Shown: positions 24,801 through 37,600 of the stretch, piece after piece
Numbering within the stretch: position 1 is the stretch's first letter
How the letters are laid out: every line of letters starts with the position of its first letter
Origin: Trypanosoma brucei
Taxonomy: Eukaryota
Assembly (NCBI GenBank): GCA_000002445.1
Contig: CP000069.1
Span: 64,001-128,000, forward strand
Length of the DNA: 64,000 bases
Direction of reading: 5' to 3'
Position numbers and translations under genes: made by a program
The notes under the pieces: model-generated
Seen by the model: the letters and a program-made list of their open reading frames with translations, nothing else
Told to the model about the DNA's origin: nothing
Databases searched by the model: none

Positions 24801-25469
24801 TGCGACATCCGACACGATGAAGTGACGAAGGGATATGACTACTATGGGCGGACTCCAAACATGGCAGCAAGGACAGAGAGTGTAGCAAATGGTGGTCAGG
24901 TGCTGATGACGCATGAGGTTTACCTGTCACTGTCAGCTGAGGAGCGTGAGCAAATTGATGTCACTGCACTTGGTGATGTTGCACTTCGCGGCGTGAATGA
25001 TCCTGTGGAAATGTACCAGTTGAATGCCGTGCCTGGCCGCAACTTTGCTGCATTACGGCTGGATCGCGAATTCTTTGATGAAGACGAGGATGGCACGACA
25101 ACCTCCACAAGCGACCACAGTTCTTCACGTGCCGAGCTGAGTGAATCAGCACAATCGATATTGAACTCACTGCAGTCTGTTTTCCGAACTTTTAAAGCAG
25201 CGCAACGGGGGAATCTTCTGGCGTCGCTTTGTGAGCGTTGGCGTGTGCCTCTTCCCCGTGAAGCCGCATTCGAGTGGGATGACGCCTACTGTGAGGAAGT
25301 GGTGCGTCGCATTGCAGTTAAGGTTGGGCGTGTCGCTGACCGTAGCGCTCAAAGTGGAAGCAGTGAAGCTTCTGTGAGTACTGAAGAGGGCTCAATCATA
25401 ATTGTTCCATTCGTTGGTTCACATTTCAGGGAAGGCCACTTTGGGTGTCCGCTTCCGTCGTTACATTAG
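21831..25469 (+). CDS. GRESAG4: Receptor-type adenylate cyclase of the GRESAG4/ESAG4 family, copy 2, intact.
   Basis: The ORF is listed from 21684, but that codon is GTG. The first in-frame ATG is at 21705. The ATG at 21831 begins 'MSLLHLLPLLLMWMPPVCADD', a typical signal peptide. The TM region is 'IAGIIAGCVVGLILFIVLGVLL'. The catalytic motifs match copy 1. The C-terminus is '...VPFVGSHFREGHFGCPLPSLH'. Confidence 0.9.
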   Translation: MSLLHLLPLLLMWMPPVCADDSAVTVKVLSMMYNPDYTDNEINALNAGFDASLSAHSWKTGSNATISVIRPPSPNATIEDIFQQGMNQSEDKLLVVFGSLGTDHVSWVRDKLNENDLVGLAPVAYSSEVRGWNPHLYFISVEPNAELLALIRYAVVYLRVPRIGMMHVKSSTASMGPYEFAVQILEMMGRELCGMFVVKESENQNISEDDLNVRWRQFVATRPQAILLFSSLVDGSITWFIKKVAQDNRTANAYLLSTSLQQGPLINMWREALALANRTFTPGQLITTGTVPLANDTRFSLIRHFQRDVNNYLKTKSDWKGFAKPDHYLEDDNAGEMMVYGWLAGEVLFQALNNAPQLTNRTSFRESLYKQRRYVIDDLVVGDFGGECDEAVALQGAMCECNQGGNLVYMKSIVNGFRPAPLREGFLTWGVSECSSANVQVSAPLSGLFLLLADNEVALRASRKWFLGAEAHSKKVDDIDNRIFFHPLTVSSENVTQSLEQVRDNRDVSAVFGIMPGGLLDRKDLMFISPMALGPRMNWFRRNVIHILPLLAQQLYVLAVYLSNTSSRGVNAFIRSAHAMKVEDALHKSLDTFGVPLDSSKTLGDGDPIASYLSGDGDVFTIGLTLTDVAVVARHLQTHRRARVFIPFNDLAMYYDEFVVAFNASKESIASSERLLFATSFPHWAEKDTKSDVVASFHRIVNESHWDPLTFLGFVTTRLLQVILPNMKKVNAELLADRIYTESNIKVDDMRFGPFSDVECVSGTSVSANECASNFGATNISVWSMARVLNSSVPILQRGMTPSMDYAILQEGQLTRSQIAGIIAGCVVGLILFIVLGVLLRITLRNARDNNLAPKEQTDPVTLIFTDIESSTALWAAHPELMPDAVATHHYLIRSLIGRYKCYEVKTVGDSFMIASKSPFAAVQLAQELQLRFLHHDWGTNALDESYWEFEQQRAEEDEKYTPPTARLDPEVYSRLWNGLRVRVGIHTGLCDIRHDEVTKGYDYYGRTPNMAARTESVANGGQVLMTHEVYLSLSAEEREQIDVTALGDVALRGVNDPVEMYQLNAVPGRNFAALRLDREFFDEDEDGTTTSTSDHSSSRAELSESAQSILNSLQSVFRTFKAAQRGNLLASLCERWRVPLPREAAFEWDDAYCEEVVRRIAVKVGRVADRSAQSGSSEASVSTEEGSIIIVPFVGSHFREGHFGCPLPSLH

Positions 25470-28400
25470 TGGTAGTGTTGCACGTCATAAAGCGTACAAA
25501 TATCTTAGTTTTACTCGGCGGAAAAGTTAATTAGCATACCGATTGTAGTAGTTGTTAGTGAATTTTAACGTAGTCTCGGTAGGGTTTGTCTTTTGTATCT
25601 ATTTTTATCTTTTGCCATCTATTTATTATTACATTTTTTACATTCTATTTTTGGTGGCTGCTGCCTCTGCATTAAAGCACATACTAATCTTAAGAGGGAA
25701 CATGCCCTCTGTTAGATTACACGTGCGTTGTCTTTCAAGACACTGAATTAACACATGCATGTGTTTTGCCGTGCCAGCGCCGGTTGGTTTCTTACTGTTC
25801 CAAATCCGACCCTTATGGAAGACAGGACGGCTCAACATTTCTTCTAATTTAACCAAAACGTTTTTGTTCTGTGAGTAATCACAAAACGGGATTAGCTATG
25901 TACTTTCCCTAAGGGCTCTCTTTTTTATTTGTGTCCTTGCCATTTGAGGCTTTAAGAAAAGTAAGGTGAAACATTTCTTTTTCAACACGTCTGTCCTTAA
26001 GCGTGCGAGTGCATGACTATTTTATTTTTTTAAATTCCACCTCTCACGCCCAATCCCGCAACCTTTTGGGTACAAAACTGTGTTTCCGTGTGTGTCTGTG
26101 TCACGTTTTTCTTTTTGAATCCACTTAATGCTAGCGGTGTCTTTAAATATTTTTTCATAATGAGTGTTATGTTGCATGTGTGTTTGTATGTGTTGGGTGT
26201 TATGTGGGCTGTTGTATCTCTCTCTTCGGATATACAACCCTTATCACCCTCTGCATTGCTGATGTTATATGTTGTTTCACCAGTTGCATGCTTTCTTTCC
26301 CTTCACTCATTTGTGTTGCCGTAAGGATTTAAGGTATGTGATTGCCTCCATTCCCTCCAGAGTGTGATGTCGATGCATGAGCTTAGTTATGTACTGAAAC
26401 CCGCGTTGCCTCGCAGTATAACAAAGTTCCCCCACCGTCACAGTTATTGCAGCTTATACTAATTATTGTATTGTGAGGGAGTTTTGTAACACGTTCACTC
26501 TGTTAATATTGCTGAGCCTATAATATCCTTCTGTTATTTACAACACTGTTTGGACACTCGAGGGGAGTGCAGAAATGCCGCTCCTTTATAGGGGCAAACC
26601 TCATTTATCCGTATTTTGTGGTAATTCAAGACTGAACCCTTGACATTTTAACTGTGCGATGAGGAGCTACGGCGAGTTGTGGCGGGAGGGAGCGTCTACG
26701 TCGCTGCAGTGTGTAACCTCAACTGAGCATTTGGCATACCTGTTACATGCTTCCCTTTACATCATGTGTGTTTGCGTGCATGGGCTCTGATTGTTACTTG
26801 CGCATATCTGCCGCCCTCACTTGGGGCTTTTCCCCCCATGCAGGAGTGTACGCACTGGCAGCCGCTTTGGAATATCAAAAATACTGCTACGTGCTGAAGA
26901 TATTATTTGGGAAGGGAACAAATGGAGGGAAACACTGTCGACCTTCAGGGGGAAAGGATAAACTCACCTGAATCGCAGCGGAACTCGTGCGGCTGCAGGC
27001 ATCCAACCTTTTTCCCTCAAGGACAATTGTTATCCCTGAGCGGGTTGTTTTATTAATTTTCCAGCCCTGTATGGCCGGAGTGCGTGCGGTCGCGATGTTT
27101 ATGTAACTCCTTTTGTTACATCACTTTCCTTCTTTTGTAAACCCCCGTAGTCGCCGGACGCCTCGTGCCGCATGCGGGCCCGATTAATTTTTTGGTTTGG
27201 GAATGAGATTGGAGGCACAAACTCTGATGAGGTCCACTGGCTGATCGCTGCTGCGTTGCTTAGATGCGTTTTTATCATTTCTTACTTCTTTCCAACGCTA
27301 CGTGGAGAAGGTGTGGTGACGGTGGCAGCAACCATTGGAAGTGCGAAAAAGAGGGCTCAATCATTTCAAAGTGGAAAGGGGCCCATTACCCGGAATTGAA
27401 ACTCGTCTGATCGCGAACGGCGTTTGGGTTGCGACCAGGAAATGAAATTTGTGTTACGGTCCAAATACGAAACTTGTTGGGTGGACCCAAGGAAAGAAAT
27501 AAAATGGATAAATACATGCTCTCTGCTGCATGAGACTCGGAATATGAGGAAAATGGTGCGAATGGATGTGGAGGGTGTGTCTAACCGGATGAGTGAGTGA
27601 CGACGCAACAACACGAAGATGAATGAAGGAAAAGGGAGGAGTGACAATGCATCCCAAAAGGCAGATGATTGATGTCATAAGAGGGGACCAAGTGTTTCCA
27701 CATGATTGCGGCGTCTGCAAGTAAAGTAGGGTACAAAGGAGAAAAAAAAAGAGAAAGCGGAACTGGATGAGATTCGGTTCTTCCGTCGCGCATGTTCTTA
27801 CGCCCTTCTTCCACTGCATGTGCTATGCGACATTCGTGCCCAAGGGGAAACTTTTCCTGTCTGGAAAGCGCCTTTAAGAAGTATATGAGAGGAACAGCCA
27901 GCCAGGCAGCCACACAAAAGGCGAAGGGCACAACAGAAATTATTAAGAGCCGAGACGCATTAGCCGAGGTAGAGGCTGGCGGAAACAAAACAACAAACAA
28001 GCGACTGCGGCACTGAAATAAGAAACAATCCAAACTCTTGCCCCACATCACACTTAAATACTTCCTTGCAGGAAAGAAGCAGCAACGCACATGAAATACA
28101 TATACGTGTTTGTTTGTTTGTGTGTGTGTGCTAATGTGCCATTGATCCTGTTCTTTCTTTCATTGGGGAATGACGAGAGCGGTTGCGGTGAGCTTCCTTG
28201 TGAGTGGGATAAGTTAGCAGCAACTTGCGGGGTTGCACGGATATTTATAACTCACCAACAGCCTGCCCGAGTTAAGGTGATAAAATAATACTCATTTTCT
28301 TACATACCCCATGCCGAAAAAAAAAATGGTGAGGAAACGATAAGCAGACTGCTCTCGTAAATTGAACAACAGTGGACCCGTTTGCTGAAAAAGAAATGGT

Positions 28401-31345
28401 AAATCAATATGTTATGTTAAGGATTTTAGTTACGGCAAGGAATTGCTGAAAGCGTGTGCTTCACCTGCCCCACACCCTTTCGCAACTTCTGGGCATAACC
28501 GTCCCGCCCGAAGAAATGCCGTCTGCGGGGTTGTCTGTCGATGCAACGTCGCCCCAGCTGACCACGATATTTCCCTCCAGCAATGTTTTGTTCACGAGGC
28601 GCGTTCCACTTGCCGAAACATCGAAATGTGTATTTCATTCTTTTCATGACGTGCTTGGCCGTGGCGTGTTACCAACGCATACGTAAAGCATTTGGGAGCG
28701 GGTTTCCTTCAAGGGTTTGTAATTTCAAGTCTACTGCTCTCGCCTCCACCTGCGAAACACAAAAATGTGGTTGTGCCCACTGGTCCTCCTGGGGCTCATA
28801 GCTTCCCACTAACCCTAAACGGTATTGCTTCCCAATCTTTCATTGAGGTGCCTGCGAATAATTTGGATGGTGTTGGTAAATAACTCGGTGAATTGACATA
28901 CTCGCTGTTAAGAAATATATTAAGCCACTGTTGTTTTCTCTTCATGGAATGCGATGAAAGGTGAGTCGAATCAGTTTCCTCCAATAATCATGTATTGAGC
29001 TTTAAAGGTCGTCGGCGCACCATCTTCAAAAAGAGATAATGTTGTTGGAATAGAGAATTTCCTCGTACGTCTGCCGTGTACATCATGCGGGATATTATGT
29101 TCTTCAACTGTTTTCTCGTTTTTGTTTTTTCCATCGAAGAGGCCTTCATGAGTTTTCCTACTCTCATTTTTCTATGGAAGACCAAGTGGCAACATATTTT
29201 TCTCTTGTGATAAATGTGAACCCATATGAAATTGTATTCTGCGAAGAGTTTGCTCTTCCCCACCATGGCACTGTATTGTACCATATGCTCCCTTATCATT
29301 ACACTCCAACTCCTTGATGACTTTCTGTAATACACTTTATGCGAATGTTATAAGTTCGCACATGTTTTTAGCGATGCGGTGCGGCACATTTTCGTTAAAC
29401 CACTTCTGTGTCTCTTTCCGGGGCCTGAGTATAATCGTGTGTAGGATGTCCTGAACCATATTCATGACCCATTGAAAGATGGATTGGTTCCACAAGTTTT
29501 CCACTCTTCGTTTGGCAACCGGAGACATGCGCAAATATACGCTACAAGTTCCACCTGAAAGAAAGAAACGGAGCCTTTGAGTCAAAGATGAATGCTGCAG
29601 CTTTATTGCAAACTGCGCCCAAATAACGGGACACGTGCTCTAATGAAGCCATGGTTTCATAATTATCATGGTTATTTATCAGCTTTGGCCGTGTGATAAA
29701 ACATCTACTCGTGACTTGGTTTCCCCTTCATCACTGTAAAGCTGGCACTACCCATCCCATGATGAGTCTCCAAAATAAATGCATCTACTTTGGAAACAGT
29801 CAATTTCGGTTATTGTTCCCAATCTTCCTACGCTTCGGGGCTTTACGCGTAATTTGCTACATTTCATCATATCGCCGTCGAGACTGGATGTTAGGTCTCT
29901 CTCCCTAACCCAATGCAGTGATAACCTAGTCGCATCTATCTGTTGTACCGGAAAGTTCTGCTGCTGCTGAGTCTCCGAAGTCACTTTAATTTAATGAGCA
30001 AATAACAAAATGCTGAGCCTCTGGAATGGAGACACGTGTCCCGCTACTTTCCTCGTGGGCTGTGAAATCATCTACGAGAAAGCTGCCCATTCATCAAATA
30101 TCTTTACATTAGTGCTGTTAAATTTCCTGAACCGTTTCATACGTCAGCCCGCAACTCGAGATGGCGAGCGGTGTTGCGAGGAAATCCCTTGGTGTTTACA
30201 TGCTTTCACATTTCTGCTAAAATGCGGGATTCCAAATCGTTCTCTATTGCGACTACTGCTGTTGCGTGAAGGTGAAAGTTCTCCCCTTTTTGTTGAAGGC
30301 GCCGTCATTCCGTAAGGTTTTAGTGTCTTTTTGACAAATTGACTGCTGAGTGCCGTTATTCTTTCCCACACACTCAAAAACTTTTTGATATCCCCCAACT
30401 GCGATAACCGCGTGCCTCACACTGCCCTGCACGGATCAGTATTGAAAGTTATTGTGAGAGCTCCCTAATCCACAATGATGGCATCCTTGTCATGAAGATG
30501 TGCGATAAGATTTTCCTTCCGCAGTAAAGCTATATCCCTTTCCACCAACTGGTAGTAATCCAAACCAAATGCATGACTGCTCGATTTCTTACGTTGTCCA
30601 GTGAATCGCATTTTGGATGGATTTCCCATTTCTGCATTGGCTGGGTTTGTTTTACTGGAGATTCCGCGGCTTTTCTCTGTAGAACTGAAAGATGCATATG
30701 AACTGGCGTTGCTCTGGCCGCCATCATTTACAATAAAGTTCCTGTATGCTGCGTTGTAATGTTTTTTGCGAATTGCATACTCACAATAAAGAGAAGACAG
30801 GGCCTAACCTATTCTAACTCTAAATTGGGCTTTCTCGAGAAATCGCAGGACCTTCTCGGTATCGGAGCCACATGTTCTCATGTTGGCTGCGTCCAAATGC
30901 ATTTTGCGATGTGATTTGTCTCTGAAACCCACAGCACAGTAACCGGATCATGACTCAGAGGTTTTACTATAATGATCATGACGTTTACCAGTGTCTTTGT
31001 TGGCTGGAGAGATTTAGAGTACGTTCCTTTATTTATTGTTTTCATGGGATCTAAAACCACATCCAATTGCCCTCTTTCTATTCCGTAACCCACGCACTTG
31101 AGGGTTTCGGATTTTTATATTCATGGGTATGGATTCCAATACTCTCTCGGAACTCAGCTTTCATTGTTTCCGTGGCCAAATCCCACCTTTCGGCTGCTAA
31201 AGTATTTTCCTTTCCTTGGCATAAAATGTAGAACCATAATAATTTAACTTTCCACAGCTATAGCGTCAAACTCTACTAACCAGGAGAATGGATTTTTTTT
31301 CTCTCTCAAATACGGTTGGTAAAAAGCATCGGGTTGTACATCCTT
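24363..31345. repeat. Left arm of a large inverted duplication, about 7 kb. It begins inside the GRESAG4 copy 2 catalytic domain and runs about 5.9 kb past the stop codon.
   Basis: I derived this from the sequence and the ORF track. Small ORFs in 25552-31093 reappear on the opposite strand in 51724-57268, with coordinate sums of about 82815-82820 and 0-2 aa differences each. Direct comparison of 31181-31345 with the reverse complement of 51475-51640 matches. The match is lost beyond 31345/51475. Confidence 0.9.
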
Positions 31346-32774
31346 CCTCCCATTTACATACTTCCTTCTGTGAAGCCAACTGTATTATTGTGCGGTGCCG
31401 TTTGTAAATGGGCAATCGTTTTCCAATGATTCATCTCAGGTATTGATGATTCGTTTATCTCTTCTAATCTATCTATATACGAATGCACATGATCCAACTC
31501 TTCTCTCAATTGAAAAATTCCCCTGCCTTATTCTACAATTCTCAACATTAATTCCTATCAACTGAGTTTGAATGCGCCAGCGCCTGTCACCCATTCGTGC
31601 CGTATCATTTCATACTTCTGGAATAGAACTGATTTATTTTACTCAAGCACCATTCATTTATTTCAAAACGTCACTCGGGCTTCTTCAAAAGACCGTAAAA
31701 AATACAGCGCTTTGGGGCATATTGAAGGACACCAATGAATTCCGTAGGTAAATGAAGTTCACTTCCTTATTTTCAAAGAATACTTGAAACTCCCCATTTT
31801 CCAATTTCAACATACCGTCTGCGTGCGACGTGAAGTTTCTTAGCGACGAACCATTTCCAATTGAAAATGGGGTTTGTTCCCTCCTTTATACAAAAGCTTT
31901 TGTTTATGTCAAGGCCTTTGTCCATTCTACATCCAGAATGGTCTGTGGAGTTGCCGTTGACATATCTGTGAAGCTTACATTCGCAAGAAAAATTTAAGTC
32001 TACTTCCAAAACTGACCTCTAATGCCCTTTTCCACTCAGAAACGTTCGGGGGAGATGATGTATAAAACTTTCGGTATGGTTGGAGCACTCCTTTCACGGG
32101 TACTTTCCTAAAAAAAGACAAAATCAACGTCGAGATTAATAAAACCCTTTCCTCTAAGGCGTTGTTCCAAATCCCACGCCTCATACAGATGCGCTTCGCC
32201 CCCAGAGGAGGCGCGTATTTTTCACTTATTTCCCACGTGTAGAGGGGTGCTGTATATATGTGTGAAACGGTGAAGCGAGGCGATGGCAAAGCCTTCACAG
32301 CCGACTGCTCGGTCTCCTGAAAAGTGAAAGCTATGACAAAATGCTGAGAAACTGTGTTGTTTTTTTCGTTGCCCACGTGAGCATCGGTCTACGTCCTCTA
32401 CGTGACGTGAGGAAAAAAAAGGCCGTAACTTTATACGGCCGTCGTGCGTGAGGCCAGTTGGTGAAAGGAATGGCTGGTCCTCACGGGCGGTATCCTGGAC
32501 TAATACTTAATTTCTTTATTGATAAAGTTTTTATGGTAACTTCTGCAGCCGCCATTCGAACGGCATGGTGGCACAGTAGCCTTTTCTCCCCCTCAAACTC
32601 TGGGGGGCCTGCCATTCACACCACCCCGCGTGCATGCTGCGTATTATTGTGGATGTTCAACGATGTAAAGCACTTTCGCAGTAGCTGCAACGAGGCTCTG
32701 TGAGTTACAGAACTCGGTAATACATGATTTCCTTTTCCACATTCAACAAATGTGACGGCACTTTAAGCAAGAGT

Positions 32775-34639
32775 TTAATCTCCCCGTTGCATTTGTACCC
32801 TATTCGCCTCCAGAGCCTTGCTAACGGCGGGTTTGATGCAGGCTCCGCTCAAGGTGACAGATGATAGCCGCGACGATTCCAGCAATACCTCAAAACCTTT
32901 CACGGCTCTGCAATCATAGAGGTCCAATATTGTGAGCGACGTTGCCCGGCCAAACGGTGTGATTTCCATTAGCGTACTGCAAGAAGAAAGTCTCAGCTCC
33001 TTCACTTTTCCATGTGTGCCAAGCTCCTGAAGGTCGTCGATGGAAACAGGCGTATTGTTCAAGTCCAGGATGCTCAGCTTAGGGAGTTTACAAAGGGTAT
33101 CGAACCCTCCTCTTATGTCTTGGCATCCATAAAGGTTCACTTTCTCCAGCGTATCGAGTGCTGAAAGTGGTTTTATATCCGTCAGATTCCCCCAGTATGA
33201 AAGTGATAACACAATCAGGGAGTAGCATCTGTTGAGGGCGCATATGCGCCCTCACTTCCAACACTCGTATAACTCAACTCAGCAACGTGAAGCTGTGGTA
33301 GTGCACCAAGCGCGTAAAAACTACTCTTGATGTTTCTGCAGCCGTCAAGGTTCAGCTCTTCACGCATTTTGATTTCAGGGAGTAAGGAGATATCTGTAAG
33401 GCACGTGCAGTAGGAAAGATTAAGCGCTACAAGCGAGTGCGAGGTGTTTATTTCTGTAAACGATTGTGTGTTCCCTGCTGCTCTACTCAGATTCAAAGTT
33501 TTCAGCCGCGGTAGTCTCCCAATAGAGCCGAACCCCTTGGTAATGCTAGTACAATTTCTGAGGCGCAAGTACTCAAGCGTCTCAGCACTGGAAAGCGATG
33601 CTACGTTAATACGAGTGCCACCGCAATCAACAGTGGGACTCTAAAGTGACTTGGGGCTCTAAGTTGCACTGAAGGTGCCCCCATCCATGATGAGCTGCCT
33701 CAGTTCCAAAACCCTCAACGCATTCATTGCTAATTCTCTTGCCTTGAAGCCCAAGAACTGGAAGGTGTGGCAGTGATCCGAGAACCCCTATTCCTTGTCT
33801 TATGGCTCCGCAGCGAATAAGGTTTAATTATTCGAGTGCCGCAACGCTTGAAGGGGAGCACGCACAAGTTAGATTCTCGCAACAACTGAGGTCCAACTTC
33901 TTCCGGTAGCAACACGCATGCAGTTCCCTTGTGGGGCGGTCGGTAGCAGACGAGCGGCTTAAGCCCAACATTTTGAGGTTTGGAAACCGCTGAACTCCAC
34001 TGACGCTTACAGGCTTTGTGCAATTAGAGAGTGCAAGCCTTTTCAATGCAGCGGCATCGCGGGTACAGCAACCACCAGCGTTGTCACCGTATTCGTCGTT
34101 TAGGGACGGCTTTGCGAATGGTAGAAGCCCTTCCAGGGAGGACACATTCAACGATGGGTAGGAGCAGCATCCAGCATGCAATTCTTTAAGAAGATACAGT
34201 TCAGCAAGTTGTTGTACGCCAAAATTCGTATCCTCTACAGTTAAGCATGGTCTCTTGAGTGCTTCACACTTTCTGAGCATTGGTAGCGAGTGTAAGCCAG
34301 TTGCCACCTGCCTATGTCCAGTTTGGTTGGCACTTTGTGATGCATCCGATACGATGCAATCGACACCGCAGTAAACCACACCTTTCTTTTTGTTTTTTTG
34401 TGCCGTTGAAACGGCGCGACCCACCCCCGAGTGACTGCACTGCGCTCCATTTGGCACAAGATTTCCAACAAATTCCGGCATGAATCCAGAGTTTGTTCCA
34501 CAGTTTCGTCACTACCACTGTTCCACTCGCCATCGCTAATCGGGACTTGATCGTCTCCGGCGGACCGCCGGCCCCACAAAGACACAAGGCACTTCACTGA
34601 GGCGCTGCGGTGACACCTGTTCACATCACGCCGTGTCAT
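32775..34639 (-). pseudogene. Leucine-rich repeat protein (LRRP, ESAG8-like) pseudogene. It is fragmented into at least four minus-strand ORF pieces by frameshifts.
   Basis: The ORFs 32775-33212, 33215-33568, 33828-34481 and 34241-34639 show a cysteine-containing LRR periodicity. Examples are 'LNLSYCTCLTDISLLPEIKMREELNLDGCRNIKS', 'LRNCTSITKGFGSIGRLPRLKTLNLSRAAG' and 'LDLNNTPVSIDDLQELGTHGKVKELRLSSCSTL'. The pieces lie in different frames, so the gene is not intact. Confidence 0.7.
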
Positions 34640-37600
34640 CTGCTTTCGGCCTTTTTTTTTCCAACGGTTACTAACTTTTTTCCTTTTTTGGGGGGAATGT
34701 GCGATTACCCAAGAATGAAAGGGGACTTAACAGCACGTAGTGTACGCCAGACGTAACGGGTACAACATGACCTTACGGCAACCGCGTCGTGTCGCCAACA
34801 ACGACGCACGTGATGTTTTCCAGCACAACCACGACGGCGGGTAATGAACATTCCTCGGCACCGCACCAGGTGTGGAAGAGCCCGTCTAGGTGCAATAAAT
34901 GGTTGCCATGCGGGCCATTCATTCCGTCGACACTATGACATCAACCGTGCACCACACCCCAGGGACAGTACACGTTTTCTCAATAAACCTCCCGCTAGTT
35001 ACTGGTTAAATTAACTTGTGCCATGATCATTCGGCTACATTTGCGATGTGTCGGGTTGGCATCCATTCATGGTCATATCGCAGCGCTGAGCCCCTCCCAA
35101 GAGAGCGCAATGGAGTGTAGCGTCATTCCCAAAGAAGAACCTCGCAAATAAATAAATGCATACTTATACATGCATATGGGACCCGAGCGTAGCGTCAACC
35201 CTGTAATGCGGTGCAGCGTAGATTTATTGCGGGCGTTTTCCCTCCCAAAAAACACACCCCAAAAGGGAGCAACTCACGCGGCCGCCTGTACGCTCCGAAG
35301 GCCACTGCCATATGCGGAACGATGGCGTCTTTCACACAGACACCCGAACTTGCGACACCCCATAACATTTTTAGTTTTTGCCGAAAATAGAGCGAAATCC
35401 AGTTAGGCGTACGGTCTCCCTTCGTTTTAACATGTGTGACCCTCGTGTTTTACATTCGGGGAAAGCGTTGCAATGGACAACCGAGTGCCCATGGGAATGT
35501 TGTCCATGGAGCGCCTTTGGCCCCAACATATCAAATAAGGCGCAGACGACAGAATGCACAACAAGTGAACAGAGTGGCAAACCTGCGAAAAAAAGCAAGC
35601 CTTGTCGACAAATGAGTTGGCGAGAGACGAGCGCGCCGTACCCCACACATTGAATCGTCGGATGAGGTGGGACGACATGCCGGTTGCAACTCATCGTCTG
35701 ATTTGCATTTGTGCATCGCAGCCACTTGTTTTAGGCCGTGACACTTGTCGTCTCTTTCTTCCCGAATGAGTAATATTTCTAGCAAAGCATGGTTACAGAA
35801 AATTCGTTTAATGTCCTTATGCTACTAGGAACATTTTATGCCTCTCCCATTACTGCGTTTCCTTCCGGGGGAAGAAATATGTGAAACGATTTTTTTGGGT
35901 TATGAGAAAGTTTGGTGAAAATTTAAAACAAACACTTGGGGCAAAGGGGTTGTAAAACACCCTATGAAAGGTTTGGGAGCTTAGTATATACAAGGTCCCG
36001 CATCAACATGCGTTGCGTGCGTCACTCACCCAAATTCTCTCCTCTTGGAGCTGCATGAGGGGATAACGGCGAGTTTAACAGACGGTAATTTCTGTCATTA
36101 GCACAAAACGCCTCGACAGAGGAGAATTTGCTCAGAGGCCAGTTAGCGAGCAGCGTACCGCCCTATATGGTTACTACATTTGTTGTGCACTGGCTACTGT
36201 TCACTGTTTCGCTCTTCAACCATCTTGGCAAATAGGGAAAACTCTGAGATGACACAGCCACCAAGGCCACTGGGACGCGACACGGGTCATTACCGCCGGC
36301 ATTGCCACCAAGTGGCCGGCTGCATTGCATATGGAAAGAAAGAAGATCCTCTAGGTGCGCTTCCCAAGCTGAGGAATGACGTGCGGGCCGATACAGAATG
36401 CTTCCATTGTATGCACTCTGCGATGCAGTGACAACGGTCGGCAACGCAGAATTTACCGAACTGTGTGGCTGCTTCTCGCCCTGTTGGTGCAGCTCGATTA
36501 TTCGCATTCCAACTCGGCCACAACCTGATTGGGGAAAAGCTAATGGGATGCCATTTTACCCAGGTTCTGCGTTATGAAATGCCCCTTTCAACAACCAAGC
36601 CGCATCACCCGTTTCACTTAAGCGCACTTTCGGAGGGAATCTAGGAAAAGATATTGCCTTGTGGGCTGCGTGGAAATTTAAGCTATAAACCATCAACGCA
36701 GGGTGCAAATTCTCTGCACATCAGCCATGCTTACAACACCTCCCTTCTAATGAACAAATTCTACCATTATTTGGCGATGAAACCAGAAACAGGTATCACA
36801 AACCCGCCCTCAGACCGTTTACACTTGGCTATGGGATGATTGACGTTGTGGAAAGAGAGGGATGGGGGGAACGTTAACATCCACTTCGAGGAAGTACATT
36901 CGTTCTTCGTATAGTGCTGCGCAGATTAGATGCATTTATTAGCGACAATTCCGTTCTTCGACTCATTTGCGTTTACATTCTCCCGCTTCCGCTCTGTCTC
37001 GGAGGACCTACCGGACACACCAGCAGTTTTCCCCCTATCAAGCGTCACACAGAGACGACCCACTTCGTAGTGGCAAAAGACATATATATTATCCTCTGGT
37101 TGAGCACATGCTTGATACTCTCTTTAGTGCCTGTTATGTTAACTTCCACGTTCGGATCCCCCTCAACGAAAACACAGATGCTCCCAGGACCTATACTGCC
37201 AGACACTTGGATATAAACGCTTTCTACCACAGTCCTCCTTGTTGATTCTTCCCGTTTTTTTTGTGCAACTGTTGTTTCAGCTTCATTGGGACCAAATGGG
37301 TGTGGGGGCACTGTTGACGTCCGCGTGCTGAAGGGGTCTGACTACATTTTGAAGGTTTCAAACAACGGGTGACACAGTCGCACAGGGCCGTTTGCATCAG
37401 TGTGGTCTGCATACCTTCAGCTGGAATGGGTTATTGGCACGTACCTTGGTGTAGCGAAGCATATAATCTATTTTCGAGATCGCATATTCGTCATTCTGTT
37501 TCTATTCATCACCACCTGTAACACTCCCTGAGTTGTAGGTTGTCCCACCCAGCATCCCAACATACACAATCATCTCCATTTTCCATCTTACTAAAACCAT

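Noticed and set aside
27581-28090. 169-aa ORF present in both inverted-repeat arms (27581-28090 minus and 54725-55234 plus), plus many 60-120-aa arm ORFs that appear in mirrored pairs.
   Set aside because: The mirroring is explained entirely by the duplication. The proteins are low-complexity with no recognisable domains. The two differences between the 169-aa copies are both amino-acid changing, which gives no sign of purifying selection.
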